Positions 26,973 through 40,204 of a DNA stretch of 64,000 nucleotides are shown one piece after another. Under the pieces are notes generated by a model. That model was not told the DNA's origin. It made no database searches and saw only the letters and a list, made by a program, of their open reading frames with translations. Source of the DNA: Chiloscyllium plagiosum (Eukaryota); the NCBI RefSeq assembly GCF_004010195.1, contig NC_057719.1, positions 77,853,929 through 77,917,928 of the forward strand. Direction: 5' to 3'. A program made the position numbers and the translations under genes. Positions within the stretch are counted from its first letter, which is position 1. Every line of letters starts with the position of its first letter.

Positions 26973-27810
26973 GGCAGTTCAGAAGAAAAGAGCCATGTCA
27001 GCAGATGTGCTGTTTCGCAGCTTAAATGTAATCAAAGCCCGGAGTTTGTTTCTTGAAGTTTAGTGTGAAAAATCAGAAAAGTTAGCCCGTGTGACTCTCT
27101 TGGGAAGGCACAGTAACTAAGACTATAGCATCGGATGCATGTACAGAAAAGCACCTTTAACAAATGCTTGTAACCTAGTCCATTGTGCTCATTTGAAAAC
27201 TAATTTAAGTGAGATAAAACAGTTTTTTTTAATAAAAGATTTGAGGATCTCTCTCTTCATGCTCTCCATGCTTTCTGGGCATGGCATTCAAATTTATCTA
27301 GCACCAATCCGAGGATCTATAGGTTTTTTTAAATCAACTTGCTCAGAGGTATTATGATACATCTCTGCAGCAGCTGAGACCAGAACCCACACTCCAAGCA
27401 TAGGAGTTGCTGTGGTTTTATCCCTCATCTTTACTGAGTTCAATTGAAACACTGTTTACAGAATTTGCAGCATAAATAAGCCATTTTGCTCTTTTAATGG
27501 AATTGTTTATTTTTATTGCATTTTGACCAGCCTAATAAATTTATACTTATTCACTATCAAACTATAATTTCTCTTTTCTTAATAGTCAGAAAAGAAAGCC
27601 TCTTTTTGGCCTAGACGTTGGTTGACGTAGGAGACTTTTACGCTTGAAGCATGGGCACAAAGTTCACAGACTCCTGGACAGGAAGTGCACCCATCTGACT
27701 GAAATTGCCAACCCTCCCCATTACATCATCATGGGTAAGGACAAGTTATGTACCATCCACCCATGTCTGAAACAAATATTTGATCATTTGTAAATATAGG
27801 GTCTTGGAAT

Positions 27811-28407
27811 TGTGACAATACTGTAGCTTTGAGATTATTTTTTCCTGGTTTCTTTTAAGAGACAGATTGAACGAGAGGAGCCAAGCTGGCTAGTTAAGGC
27901 CACTTGAGTAAATATGTTGGGAGGCCTTGGAGCTTTTTAAACAGCCTGAATGGGTGTGGCCAGCTCACCTAGATTAGGATTTCTGACTTGGTTTTTCAGT
28001 AGCATCAGAAGATTCTGGGATGTCAACAGAGTTGGAAGTTTCAGTGAACGTCTCTTGGCTGTTACAGTCTCTGAATTTTCTCTTGAATTTTCTTTTCTCC
28101 TGGATTCAAAAATGTGAGAATATGTCTGAATTTTCCTTTTTTGCCAAGGGGCTTGTTTGTGGGATGTTACTAATTGGAACAGTTAATTAGTAATATTATT
28201 GTATCTGTTAAGTTTTCCAATAGGGTTAAGTTATTCTAAATTTCTTTCTTCGCTTGTATTTTAACTACAAAGTTTAAATAAAATGTGTTTTTCTTTAATG
28301 TCACATTGTATCTGGAACAGACATTTCATGTGTCTTTTAAAATAAGAAAAAATTAGGGTCTAGGCTGCCTTAAAATATTATGAGGTGGTCTGGTCTGGTA
28401 TATAACA
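27811..28407 (+). mobile_element. Solo LTR, same family as 16657-17034
   Basis: TGT...ACA termini and internal AATAAA; its 3' end reverse-complements the start of the 16657 copy. Confidence 0.7.
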
Positions 28408-29796
28408 ATACTTCAAGTCCTCTTTGCATCAGAGAGTTGCATTGTTTACACTTTGAGAAACAAGCACTAAAATTGGCTTGTGAAAATAGAGGTACATTAC
28501 TTAAATAGATGAAGCATTAATATAGGTTCAAGAAGTTTTTCCTAGAGAGGAGAATGCTGAAAGGAAATTTGATTGCAGTTTTGCGAATTGAGTTATCAGG
28601 ACAGAGGCGGAGAGAAACTGTTCCCACTCATGAAAAGATCAAGAATAAGAGGAAACCGATTTGGTACTCTTCAAAAGACAGTAATGTAACGTGAGAAAAA
28701 ACTTAACAGACTAAATGGTTCAGATTGGAACACTTGGCCTGCACATGAACACATGGTGTAATAGAGCCAGGTTAAATCGAGATATTCAAGATGGCATTAG
28801 ATGACTATTAGTGTAGATATAATGTGCAGGGTTATGGGCAAAAGAGCAGGAAAATAATTCAAGCCATTTGGAGAGCCAATGTGGACATGGTGGGGTGATT
28901 GACTTCCTTCTGCACTCTAATTGTAGCTCCCAGACCAATATATTTGTGCTTCATCTTTGGATAAAACAAAAACCCAATGCGATTATTATTGACTGAGCTA
29001 AGACTTCATTACATTCATTAAATTTATATGTAACCAATATAAGACAAGTTACCCTATGATTTCTTGATTTGCAATATACCCATTTCTTGAATAAGATTGC
29101 GAATTGTTCTTAAAGAGTTTTGCAAAATTATGTTTGATGTCTCCACACTATACTTATTCTTTGATAATCTGGCTGTCATAACATTAGTTCTAATTTTATT
29201 TTTGGCATCTCCAGTTGGAAGGGGCAATAAAAGTGCACTCGATGAAAACCGAATTGGACATGATAATGCAATGCTGTCCTGTCATTTGATATTTCATTAA
29301 TGCTTGCTGCCTGAATCCATGCATGAAGAATATCTTGGGTACAATGGGGAAAATAAGTTATCAGTGCTTGAGGAATAGCATAGCAATAGAGATGAAATCT
29401 TTGTTTTAGGAAGGGAAACCCCATTTGATGGAAGCTGAATATTTGGGAGAATGAATTTTATGGTTAAAATTAGTCACAGCCATAAAAATGAATGATTTGC
29501 AGAAGTCATGATGTAGATGTATAGACTAATTAAAATGGAAGTTTTAACTGAATTAAACATCAATGCACATCATGTCTGGTGATTGTAATTTTTCACATAA
29601 CTTAGTATCTTTTTAAAAGAGCAGTTAAGGTCTTCTCAATTTATTTATGGCTGGATGTTGTCTTTAGTGAGGAATGCAAATAATTTTTCTTGAGGTACTA
29701 TTTTCTGAGAGACAGTTTGAAATATTTTAAGTGCTAATCCTGATTACTGAACATTTCTTGGGGACTACCCAAACTAGCGAATGTGTTTTATAAAAT

Positions 29797-32700
29797 AGTC
29801 ATAGAGCTATACAGCGTGGAAACAGATACTTTGGTCCAACTCATCTATGTCGACCAGATATTCCACATTAGTCTAGCCCCATTTGCCAGCACTTGGCCCA
29901 TATCCCTCTAAACCCTTTATATTTGTATACCCATTCAGCTGCCTTTTAAATGTTATAATTGTACCAGCCTCCTCTGCTTCCTCTGGCAGCTCATTCCATA
30001 CATGCACCATCCTCTGCAAGAAAAATATGCTCCTTAGATCCTTTTAAATGTTTCCCCTCCCATGATAAACCTATGGTCTCTAGTTTTGGTCTTTTCCATT
30101 CCAGGGAAAAGACCGTGGCTATTTATCCTAACCATGCCTCTCCTGATTTTATAAACTTCTATAAGGTGACCCCTCAGTCTCTGACCCTCCAGAAAAAAAC
30201 ACTTCCTGCCTATTCAGCCCCTTCCTGCAGCTCAAACTCTCCAACCCTGGCAAATCCTTTTAAATATTTTTTGAATCCTTTCAAGTTTCACAACATTGTT
30301 CTTCTAGCAGGGAGACCAGAATGATATGCAGGATTTGAAAAGTAGCATAACCAATGAGCTGTATAGCTGCATCATGACCTCCCAATTCCTATACTCATAA
30401 TATAAGTTGACTAATAAAGGTAAGCATGTCAAATACCTTCTTCACTATACTGTCTACCTGGACTCCAATTTCAAGGAACAAAGAATCTATACCCCAAAGT
30501 CTCTTTGTTCAGCACACTCTCCAGGATCTTGTCATTAAGTGTATAAGTTCTCCCCTGATTTGCCTTTGCAAAATGCAGCCCCTCACATTTATCTAAATTA
30601 AATTCTATCTGCCATTCCTTGGCCTTCTGATCAAGATCCTGATGGACTCTGATGTAACCTTCTTTGTTGTCCTCTACACTTCCAATTTTGGTGTCACCTG
30701 CGAACTTACTTACCATACCTCCTATGTTCACATCCAAATCGTTTATATAAATGATGGAAAGGAGCGGATTTGGCACCAATCCTTGTGGCACATTGCTGGT
30801 GACAGGTCTCCAGTCTGAAAAGCAACCCTCCACCAGTACCCTCTGTCTTCTATCTTCGAGCTAGTTCTGCATTCAAATAGCTAGTTCTCCCTGTATTCCA
30901 TGTGATCTAACCTTACAAACCAGTCTACCATGAGGAACCTTGTCAAATGCCTTACTGAAGTCAACATAGGTCACTTCCACTGCTCTGCCCTCATCAATCC
31001 TCTTTGATACTTTTTTAAAAAAAATCAAATTAGTAAGACGTGATTTCCCATGCAAAAAGCCATGTTAACTATCCCGAATCAGTCCTTGCCTTTTCAAAAA
31101 TATGTAAGTCTTGTACTTCAGTATTGCCTCCAACAACTTGCCTACCACCGATGTCAGGCTCACCAGTTTATAGTTCCCTGGCTTAAATAGTGGCACCACA
31201 TTAGCCAACCTCCAGTCGTCAGGCACCTGACCTGTGACTATCGATGCAAATATCTCAGCAAGAGGTGCAGCAATCACTTCCCTAGCTTCCCACAGTTTTC
31301 TAGGCTACGTCTGATCAGGTCCTGGGGAATTATCCACCTTTATATGTTTTAAGACGTCCATCAACACCATGCCTCTCATGGACATTTTTCTAGATGTCAC
31401 TATTTATTTCCCCAAGTTCTCAATCTTCTATATTCTCCTCCAGAGCACACTGATGCAAAATACTCGTTTAGTATCTCCCCTGTCTCTTGTGGTTCCACAC
31501 ATAGGCCGCCTTGCTGATCTTTGAGGGGCTCTATTCTCTCCCTAGTTACTCTTTTGTCCTTAATGTATTTGTAGAATCCCTTTGGATTCTCCTTAACTCT
31601 AGTTACCAAAGCTATCTCCTATCCCCTTATTGCTTTCCCTGATTTCCTTCCTACTGCCTTTTATACTCTTCTGGGTATTCACTTGGTCCCTGCTGTCAAT
31701 GCCTGACATATGCTTCCTTTTTTCTTCACCAAAACCTTAATTTCTGTCGTCATCCAGCATTCCCTACACCTACCAGCCTTGCCCTTAATCCTAGCAGGAA
31801 CTTATTGTCTCTGGACTCCTGTTATCTCTTTTTTTAAAGCTTCCATTTCCAGTCGTCTCTTTACCTGCGAACATCTTGCTGCCCCTTCCCCTGCAAAAAA
31901 AAAATCAACTTTTGCCTAATACAGTCAAAGTTGGTGATCCTCCAGTTTAGAACTTTAACTTTTAGATCTGGTATTTCCTTTTCCATCACTATTTTAAAAT
32001 TAATAGAATTATGTGGTCTCTGGCCCCAAAGTGCTTCCCCACTGACACCTCAGTCACCTGCCCTGTCTTATTTCCCAAGGTTTTGCACCTTCTCTAGGAG
32101 GTACATCCACATACTGCATAAGAAAATTTTCTTGTAACACTGAACAAATTCCTTTCATGCAAGACCTTAATGCTATGGCAATCCCAGTCGATGTTTGGAA
32201 AATTAAAATCACTTAGCATAACAACCCTATTATTCTTGCAAATAACTGTACAGCACAGAAACAGACCCTTCGGTCCAACTCTTTCATGCCGACCAGATAT
32301 CCCAACCCAATCTAGTCCCACCTGCCAGCATCCGGCCTGTATCCCTCCAAACTCTTCCTATTCATATACACTTCCAGATGCCTTTTAAATGTTGCAATTG
32401 TATGAGCCTTCATCACTTCCTCTGGCAGCTCATTCCATACACTTATAACCTTCTGCATGAAAAAGTTGCCTCTTAGATCCCTTTTATGTCTTTCACCTCT
32501 CACCCTAAACCTATGCCCTCTAGTTCTGGACTTCCCCACCCCAGGGAAGAGACTCCCCACCCCCACCCCCAGTTTTACCTCTTTCCTTCCGGTATATACC
32601 TAACCCTGCCCATTGCTATTGTAAATGTAACCAAATTATGGTCACTATCACCAAAGTGCTCACCGACCTCCAAATCTAACATCTGGTCAGGTACATTCCC

Positions 32701-33595
32701 CAGTACCAAATACAATATGACATTGACCCTTGTTGGCCTGTCTACATACTGTGTCAGAAAACCCTCCTGCACACATTGAACAAAAACTGACCCATCTAAA
32801 CTACTTGAACTATAGTATTCCCAGTCAATATTGGGGAAGTTAAAGTCCCCCATAACAACTACCCTGTACTCTCTCGAGAATCATCTTTGCTATCCTTTCC
32901 TTTACATCCTCGAACTATTTGAAGGCCTTTAGAAAACTCCCAACAAGGTGACCTCTCCTTTCCTGTTTCTAACCTCAGCCCAAACTACCTCAGTGGATGA
33001 GTCCTCAAAGTTGTCTCAGCTTCTGTAATACTACCTTTGGTTAACAATGCCAAACCACCCCCTCTTTTACATCATCTCTGTTCTTACAGAAACATCTAAA
33101 TTCTGGAATCTGCAACAACCATCACTGTCCCTCCTCTAGCTATGTCTCTGAAATGGCCACAACATTGAAATCGCAGGTACCAACCCATGCTGCAAGTTCA
33201 CCCACCTTATTCCAGATACTCCTGGCATTGAGATCGCCTTACAAATTTGTTTCTAAATTTCCTGCTGACTGTCTGGGATCTATAGTACAATCCCCTTTTG
33301 GTGATCATCCCTTTCTTATTTCTCAGTTCTACCCAAATAACTTCCCAGGAATATCCTGCCAAAGTACAGCTGTAATGTTATCCCTCATGAAAAACACCAC
33401 TTCCCCCTCCTTTTCATGTTGCCCCCTTCACCCCAACCACCATTCCTATAGCATTTATACCCTGGAACATTAAGCTGCCAGTTCTGTGTCCATTCCTGAG
33501 CCATGTCTCTGTAATTGCTATGATATCTCAGTCCTATGTTCCAAACCATGCCCTGAGTTCATTTGTCTTACCTGTTAGGCCTCTTGCATTGAATT
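29797..33595 (-). mobile_element. CR1 LINE ORF2 (APE + RT + 3' UTR), degraded, with nested CR1
   Basis: DFNFPNIDW, KENPKGFYKYI, DFSKAFDKVPHGRL, SKFAGDTKIG. Confidence 0.85.
32248..33228 (-). mobile_element. Internally deleted CR1 nested in another CR1
   Basis: The host CR1 breaks at aataactg (~32248) and resumes at gagatcgccttac (~33230). The insert joins an APE region (MGDFNFPNIDW...SDHN) directly to a CR1 3' end. Confidence 0.7.
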
Positions 33596-34549
33596 GATTA
33601 ATATGTAGTTCGGTGAGCTGTGAAACAGGTTTGTATAACTGTCATGGCAGTGATAATCAGTTGAAGTTATCAATGATGCAAGGGGTGAACAGGATTTGCA
33701 CAAGACTAATTTAGAGAGAATGGAAAATGAGGCAAGCCAGGGGAGCTTGAAATATGTGTGACAAAAACAGCCACAGTAATCAAAGGTAGAAATTCTGCTC
33801 AAAATTGAAATGAATGCTGTTGTTCAACCTATGATACCATCCAGGAATGGGAATAGACTTTCAAAATAGCCTCAGTCATTTATATTGTCTCAGTATTTCC
33901 AATGTTTTCTGTTTTTATTCCTTGCACCTTTGATTAGAATAATAGTCTCCTTCTGAAGGCTCAGTTTGTCTAATAAGTCTAATCCAAGGTCACAGACTCT
34001 TCTAGATCTTTTCAAAAATTCATAACACTTCTAAAAAACAGACTAGTTTTCTGACAAAAACCCCACCAAACTGACTATCACTTCATGGCTTTCTTCTCAA
34101 ATTACCTTAATCATCAGTTCAATTGTAAGTAAATATGCCAATATACATTTAGTAGAAATAACTTCGATCTCAAACTAAATAGAAATAGAGGGTTTTATCA
34201 TCTTTATATTATATTTTTTCTCATTTCTATATGCATTTCTTGTGACATTTTAAAGTAGAATCCTCTATATTTTATTTACGCTGTGCTAGAACAAAACCAT
34301 AATGTTTTAATGGAGCTGAATTTGGAAATGACTTTGCATTTGGAAAACTTGAGCAGATTCAACAGCTGAAAGCAATGAACGAAGCAAGTGCTTCTTTGTT
34401 TTAGAAACAACTCCTTTCAGAAACCAACATGACAGAGCTTTTGTACCCAAAGGGTAGAGCTTTCACCTTGGATTCTGAGGGCTGTAGGTTCTAATCCCAA
34501 ACCAGAAACCTGCAAGCAAAAGGTTCGAGGACACTCCAGTATCGTTCTA

Positions 34550-34868
34550 GGGTGGCACAGTGGCTCAGTGGTTAGCACTGCTGCCTCACAGCACCAGGGT
34601 CCCAGGGTCATTCCAGCCTTGGGTGACGTCTGTGTGGCGTTTGCACATTCTCTCCGTGTCTGCATGGGTTTCCTCCGCGTGCTCCGGTTTCCTCCCACAA
34701 TCCAAGAATGTGCAGATTAGGTGAATTGGCCATGCTAAATTGCCCATAGTGTTAGATGCATTAGTCAGAGGGAAATAGGCCTGGGTGTGTTACTCTTCAG
34801 AGGGTCAGTGTGGACTGGTTGGGCCGAAGGGCCTGTTTCCATACTGTAGGGAATCTAACAGAATCTAA
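34550..34868 (+). mobile_element. HE1-type V-SINE
   Basis: tRNA-like head ggtggcacagtggctcagtggttagcactgctgcctcacagc, V-domain and CR1-derived tail. Confidence 0.9.
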
Positions 34869-36616
34869 TGTGTTGTATCTTATGCCAGGTTGTTTTGCCA
34901 GTGGCTGCACTGTAGACCAGGAAATGACATACAAAGCGCAGTAATCCTAACACTTGACACAGCAGTGTTTGTGTGGAGTGAAGAGCAGGGATGTGTAAAA
35001 TGGACACGCCACAGAATCAATGCTGAAATCTTCAGTATTTTTGGCCAAGCAGCAAACACATCTTATAGGACTACTGCCCAGTTAGCTATTCAGTGTCTTG
35101 GAACTTGTGAAAAAGAACTAATGAATGTTGATTTAGCTTTACAGAGCTCTTCTATGTGATAAATAAAGTGCAGATTGGGTATCCGTGTAGTGTAGGAGGT
35201 AAGAAGGAATTCTAAGTGTGAGCTGGGCTGGTCAGCAAAATGTACTCTCATGTCTCTTTGAGTGGGTCTATGTTGTAGATCTGCATCTCGTGAATAGAAA
35301 ATAAAGGCTGTTGAAGTTCCAAAGCTGTCTGCCATTGCTGAATGTATTTATTAAATCAAAACATGCATACGTACAACTGTAGTTGTAACGTGCTTGCACA
35401 TGTGTGTGTATATAAATGAGCACCCAATTAATGTCCACCACCTGAAAATAAATATGCAAGTGAACATCTAACTAATAGGACTAATATATGAGTACAGCCT
35501 GGAAGGAATTGGATAACCTTAATTATTCCTTTTATATTCAATTGTTTCTGCCAGCAATGTAATTTGTTTTGTGTGGGTTAGGATATGGTTATTTCTTTCC
35601 ACTCTGTTGCTCATTGATGCCTATGTACAACAAATTGGAAAATGCTAATTCATTGGCTATCATTATTTTGGGGGAAAAAAAACAATTGAAAGGAACATGT
35701 TTATTTTACCCAGAAACGAGCAAATGCAAACTCTGTGCGGAGATCTTAGTCTTCAGCTTCCAGGTGTTCCAGCAGCCTGGCAGGCAGTCTTGTTTAGAGT
35801 GATGGTCTCAGCCTGGCATGGCAGTCTTGTCCTGTCTGTATTTTTGAGGTAATCCATCATTCTTTAATCAGCTTTCCCTAAGGAGCTGTGAATTGAATTG
35901 TTATGAACTTTGTCTTAATAGTAAAAGACAAAAATGAAATTATGTATGACTTCTGTTATTAATGTAAGTGCCACAGTGGGGTGACTTTTAAAACTTTTCA
36001 CTGTATTTTCATGTAAAAGTACATGTGACAAATTTCAGTTCTGTTGTATTCTATCTGCTTTACACAGCTTGCACCAGTTTCTTGCTCCCTAGAACTTCTT
36101 CACTGTTCCAAGCTAGCTAAGCTTGCATTAATCAATGTGTAGCTTAAAATTGTGGCATGGAACCAATCTAGAATAAGTGATGTCGTCATATGTTTCCCTA
36201 TTGAAATGAATGTTGGTAGCACTGCTCGTTGGAAAGCAAGTTTAACTCTGTCACTCTGCTGAGGTGCTTGTCTTGACTGGACACCCAGAGCCAGATGTAA
36301 TTTCATGATGTGGGGTGATATCTTAACACACCCACTTTGTGTATACCTTGTGTATACCACCTGTGTAACTGAAAATATGATTGGAACAGGCAGACTTGGG
36401 CCCTCTTGGCAAAGAAAGAACTGGAATTGGAAGATAGGAGGGAAGATACTCGGAGGAGGGTGGGGATGGGGAATTGTGGTCCTAAGTATTAGAATGAAGA
36501 CAAATTTTGGTTAACTTTCCTGGCAATTATCAGATAACCCAGCACGTTAACTTTTGAGTGATTTTTATCAGTGATTTTTGCTATATTAACAGCCAGCCTT
36601 TCAGAATATAGTGATT

Positions 36617-39250
36617 TGTAATGAGATCAGCCAGATGGACCTCTTGTTACGAGCTCCCTTATTGGTGCTGCTAACCTCGTCCAATCAGGGATCCCTGACA
36701 CATAAACAGGACGTCAGGCATCCTGTTGATTCTGAGTTGGCTCTGAGCTAGTTGGATCAGTGTCAAAGACTCTCCACGTGTAGTTAAAGGATGACTTGGT
36801 GATGGGATACTTGTGTGGAGTTATTTCAGTGGCAATGAGAATAGGATTTAGTGATGTAACCACGCAAAAGTGTCTACTAGCTGAAGCCCGACTGGACTTC
36901 AAGCATGTATTGTATCCTGTGCCAAGGAAAATGCAGCAAGTGGACCATATGAGTTGCAGGATATTCCAATGGAAATGGATGCCCTCATCAGTCCAACTGA
37001 GCTTGGGGAACAATTGCATTGCCTCACTCAGGACATATCCTGAACAGAGGGACTCTAGGTCAGCCCCCAGCAAAACACCGAAACAAAGCAAAGCTTTAGC
37101 TAAAAAGTTAACATTTTCTTCAGGATCCAGGCTGGGAAGCCATTGTAGTTGCTGCTAGTATGCATTCTCAAGACAGCAAAAGAGTCCCACAGACTTAAAT
37201 TGAGTAAGAGAACTCATAGAATCATAGCATCCCCACAGTGTGGAAGCGAGCCATTCATCCCATTAAGCCCACACCAATCTGCCAAAACCATCCCAGCCAG
37301 ACCCCCACCCTGTCCCTGTAACCCTGCATTTCCCATGGCTAACCCACCTAACCTACACATTCCTGGACACAGTAGGTAATTTAGCATGGCTAGTCCACCT
37401 AACCTGCACATTTTTGGACTGTGGAAGGAAACCAGAGCACCCAGAAGAAGCCCACTCAGACACAGGGACAACATGCTAACACCCACCCAGACGGTCACCC
37501 AAAGTTGAAATTGAACCTGGGTGTCTGGTGCTGTGAGGCAGTAGTGCTAACCATTGAGCCATTGTGCCACATTGGTAGGCTGGTTTCAGGAGAGTGCACA
37601 CCCTGGAAAGTTCAACTACATCTGATTTGGCACAATTAAATTGCTTAGCAACATCCAAATCAGAACCAATCAAAATAAATGGTCACCTGGTTCTAATGGA
37701 GGTCAATACCAGCATGGCTATTGCCGCAGAACAAAATTTGCTCTGGATTCCAACCCTTAAGCTTATGCAAGACCTTGTCTAGACTGAGAACCTATATCGG
37801 TGAACCTTTACAGATGAAGAGTACAACTTCAATTCCAGTCAGTTATGAGAAGCAGCTGGTTCACTTATCACTGATTTTAGTCAAAGGCTCCGGCCCAAGC
37901 TTGATGAATGAAATTCGTTAAGAAAGATTCACCTGGATTGGATTAACATTTTTCAGTTAGAAGATGGCTGCCTGAGTGAAGTCATAATTATACCTGGAAG
38001 CTTTTCAGGAAAGACTAAGGACTATAAAGCAAGCCAAGGTTACCTTGCATGTTGACCAGGAAGCAATTCCATGATTCTGGATGGCCCAGCCAGTGTCCTT
38101 TGCCCTACAGGCAAAAAAGAGAAGGTTGGAAAGTGAAGGAATCATCAAACTAGTTCAGTTTGAAGAATGGGGAGTACCAGTTGTACTAATTATGCCACAG
38201 GTCATATTGTCTTTGTGGGGATTTTAAGTTAATGGTAAACTGCTTTTCATAGCTGGATAAATACCCAATCCCTTGGATAGAGAGTTTATATGCAAAGCTG
38301 GCAGGAAGGTTATCCTTCACGAAGCTGGGCATGTGCCGCATACTTGCAATTGCAGTTAGATGAGGATTCTCAGATGTATGCTGCAATTAATACCCATAAG
38401 ACTTTGTACCAATGTATGATACTGCCATTTGGAGTATTGCAAGCCTATGTGTATGCTTCTAGACGGGAAAAATGTGTGTTCCATGCACCCCAAGTGACCT
38501 ACTTGGGCTACAGAGTTGACAAGTCCGATTGCACCAGTGGGAAGATAGTGTGAGTGATCAAAGGTGCCCAGCTCCCATGTCTGTTGTGGAGCTTAGGTCT
38601 TCCCTTGGGTTGGTGAAGTATTATGGAAAGTTCATACATAACCTGGCCTCATTCCTGGCACTCGTATCAACAATTTAAAAGATCGGTCAACCTTAGAATT
38701 GGTCATGTAGTCAAAGCCATAGAATTCAGGGGCGTGAAGATTTCTTTAAGGTATTGATCCCAAGTTAAATCTGGTATTGACAGCATTGGGATAGTATTAG
38801 CTCATGGGTAGCCCAATGGAGACGAACACCCAGTAAATATTGTATTCATCAGGGTCTTTGGCTAATGTAGAGCCTAAATACACCCAATGGAGAAAGAAGG
38901 TTTGGTGCTCATATTTGGAGTCATGAAATTCCACCAATACCTTTTACAGACATAAACTTGTAATAACAACAGATGGTGATGGGGGAAGCCAAAGGGCTGT
39001 CACAATCACAATCAAAATTTTTTTTTCAACCCAGAGATACCACATCGCCGTATAGGGCACAGTATATTATTATGGGGAGTAAACGTGATGATACTGGCTG
39101 AATTCCTCTCGGGTTATCCAGAATGAAGATGTTGATGAGCAGTCCTGTCTGGTGCCAAAGATTGGATGCAAACATAGCAGCATTGGTTGGGGAGTCCCAG
39201 AGTGCCAACAAGGTCAAAAATATATCACCAGCTCCCTCTCAAGTCTTTTG
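36617..39250 (+). mobile_element. Gypsy/Ty3 LTR retrotransposon, 5' LTR + degraded pol, 3' truncated
   Basis: LTR TGT(36617)...TCA(36828) followed by a PBS-like gtggcaatgag. Protease-like INGHLVLMEVNT, GSGPSL; RT AYLQLQLDEDSQMYAAINTHKTLYQ..LPFGV; VTYLGYRVD; integrase zinc region MKML..PVW..RLDANI. Confidence 0.8.
37214..37570 (-). mobile_element. HE1-type SINE nested in the Gypsy element
   Basis: Reverse complement of the HE1 head (gctgtgaggcagtagtgctaaccattgagcc) and tail. Confidence 0.85.
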
Positions 39251-39330
39251 GGAATGGCTGACTCAAAGGGCCATTTGGCCTAATTTTCATTTGATTGTAT
39301 GTACATAATCATTCAGTTGGTGTTGAAGCA

Positions 39331-40146
39331 TGTTGTAAATCGCATCATTGTAATAGGAGGATTCAATAAGAGGTATCACTGTAAACCAGATTTTATATCA
39401 GCTTGAAGAGGGGGAGATGGCATGGGGCAGGGCGACACTAGGCACACGGACATACAAGATGCCCGTTGAGCCATTAGTTGGCCAACTTTACACACAAGAT
39501 GGCTGCCAGATCACAATATGGAGAGAAACAGCAGAGCAGATACAGGCACTGCTTGGGGCCACCAGAATGCCAGCACAATGCACTCACAATCCAGTTGATT
39601 AGTTTAAGGCGGGTAGGGGAGAGAATACATGTAAGTAATGAACACTACCCGCCGAAGTGTCTGGGTCCAGCCAACACTACTTATGGAAATGCTAACAGCT
39701 TAATACAGACTCAATATGAAATGTTAATAGCCAGGGCTGCAGTTATTGTCCTTCTCAGGAAGAGTGGTTAGCGTCCATTACGACAGCAATGGATTTCCAT
39801 GTAGATGTTGAAATTGGCAATGTCTATGCTAAAACTGACAATGACCACACAGAAATTAGCAAAGGCTGCGCTGGAACTGATGAAGCCTGTATCGAAACTA
39901 TCAACGATTCTGCAATGATTGCCATAAACAAACCATCTTACAAAGTCAATAATCTCATCACTGACCTATTGTATCGCAAGATGTATAAAGGTTACTTGAC
40001 ATGTGCTCTGGGTCGAGACAAGACTCGCAACTGACCACTGCTGTTGTTGTCTTTCTCACCCCGGAGTTCCAGTATTTCCTTGTGCAATAAATTCTGTCAT
40101 CGGACCCAGATTCTGACTCGGAGGCTGGTGTTTTTCCCCCACAACA
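39331..40146 (+). mobile_element. Putative solo LTR (816 bp)
   Basis: TGTTGT...ACAACA inverted termini, near-TSD agca/agcc, TATAAA at 39984-39989, AATAAA at 40086-40091. Confidence 0.65.
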
Positions 40147-40204
40147 AGCCGAACATTTTATTCAGAAACAGAGTTGTGACTACTAATTCTGGGGATGCTT
40201 GTCA

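Noticed and set aside
34550..34625. tRNA-like sequence with A/B-box-like motifs (also 56713, 59000, 37500)
   Set aside because: These are heads of HE1 SINEs, not tRNA genes.
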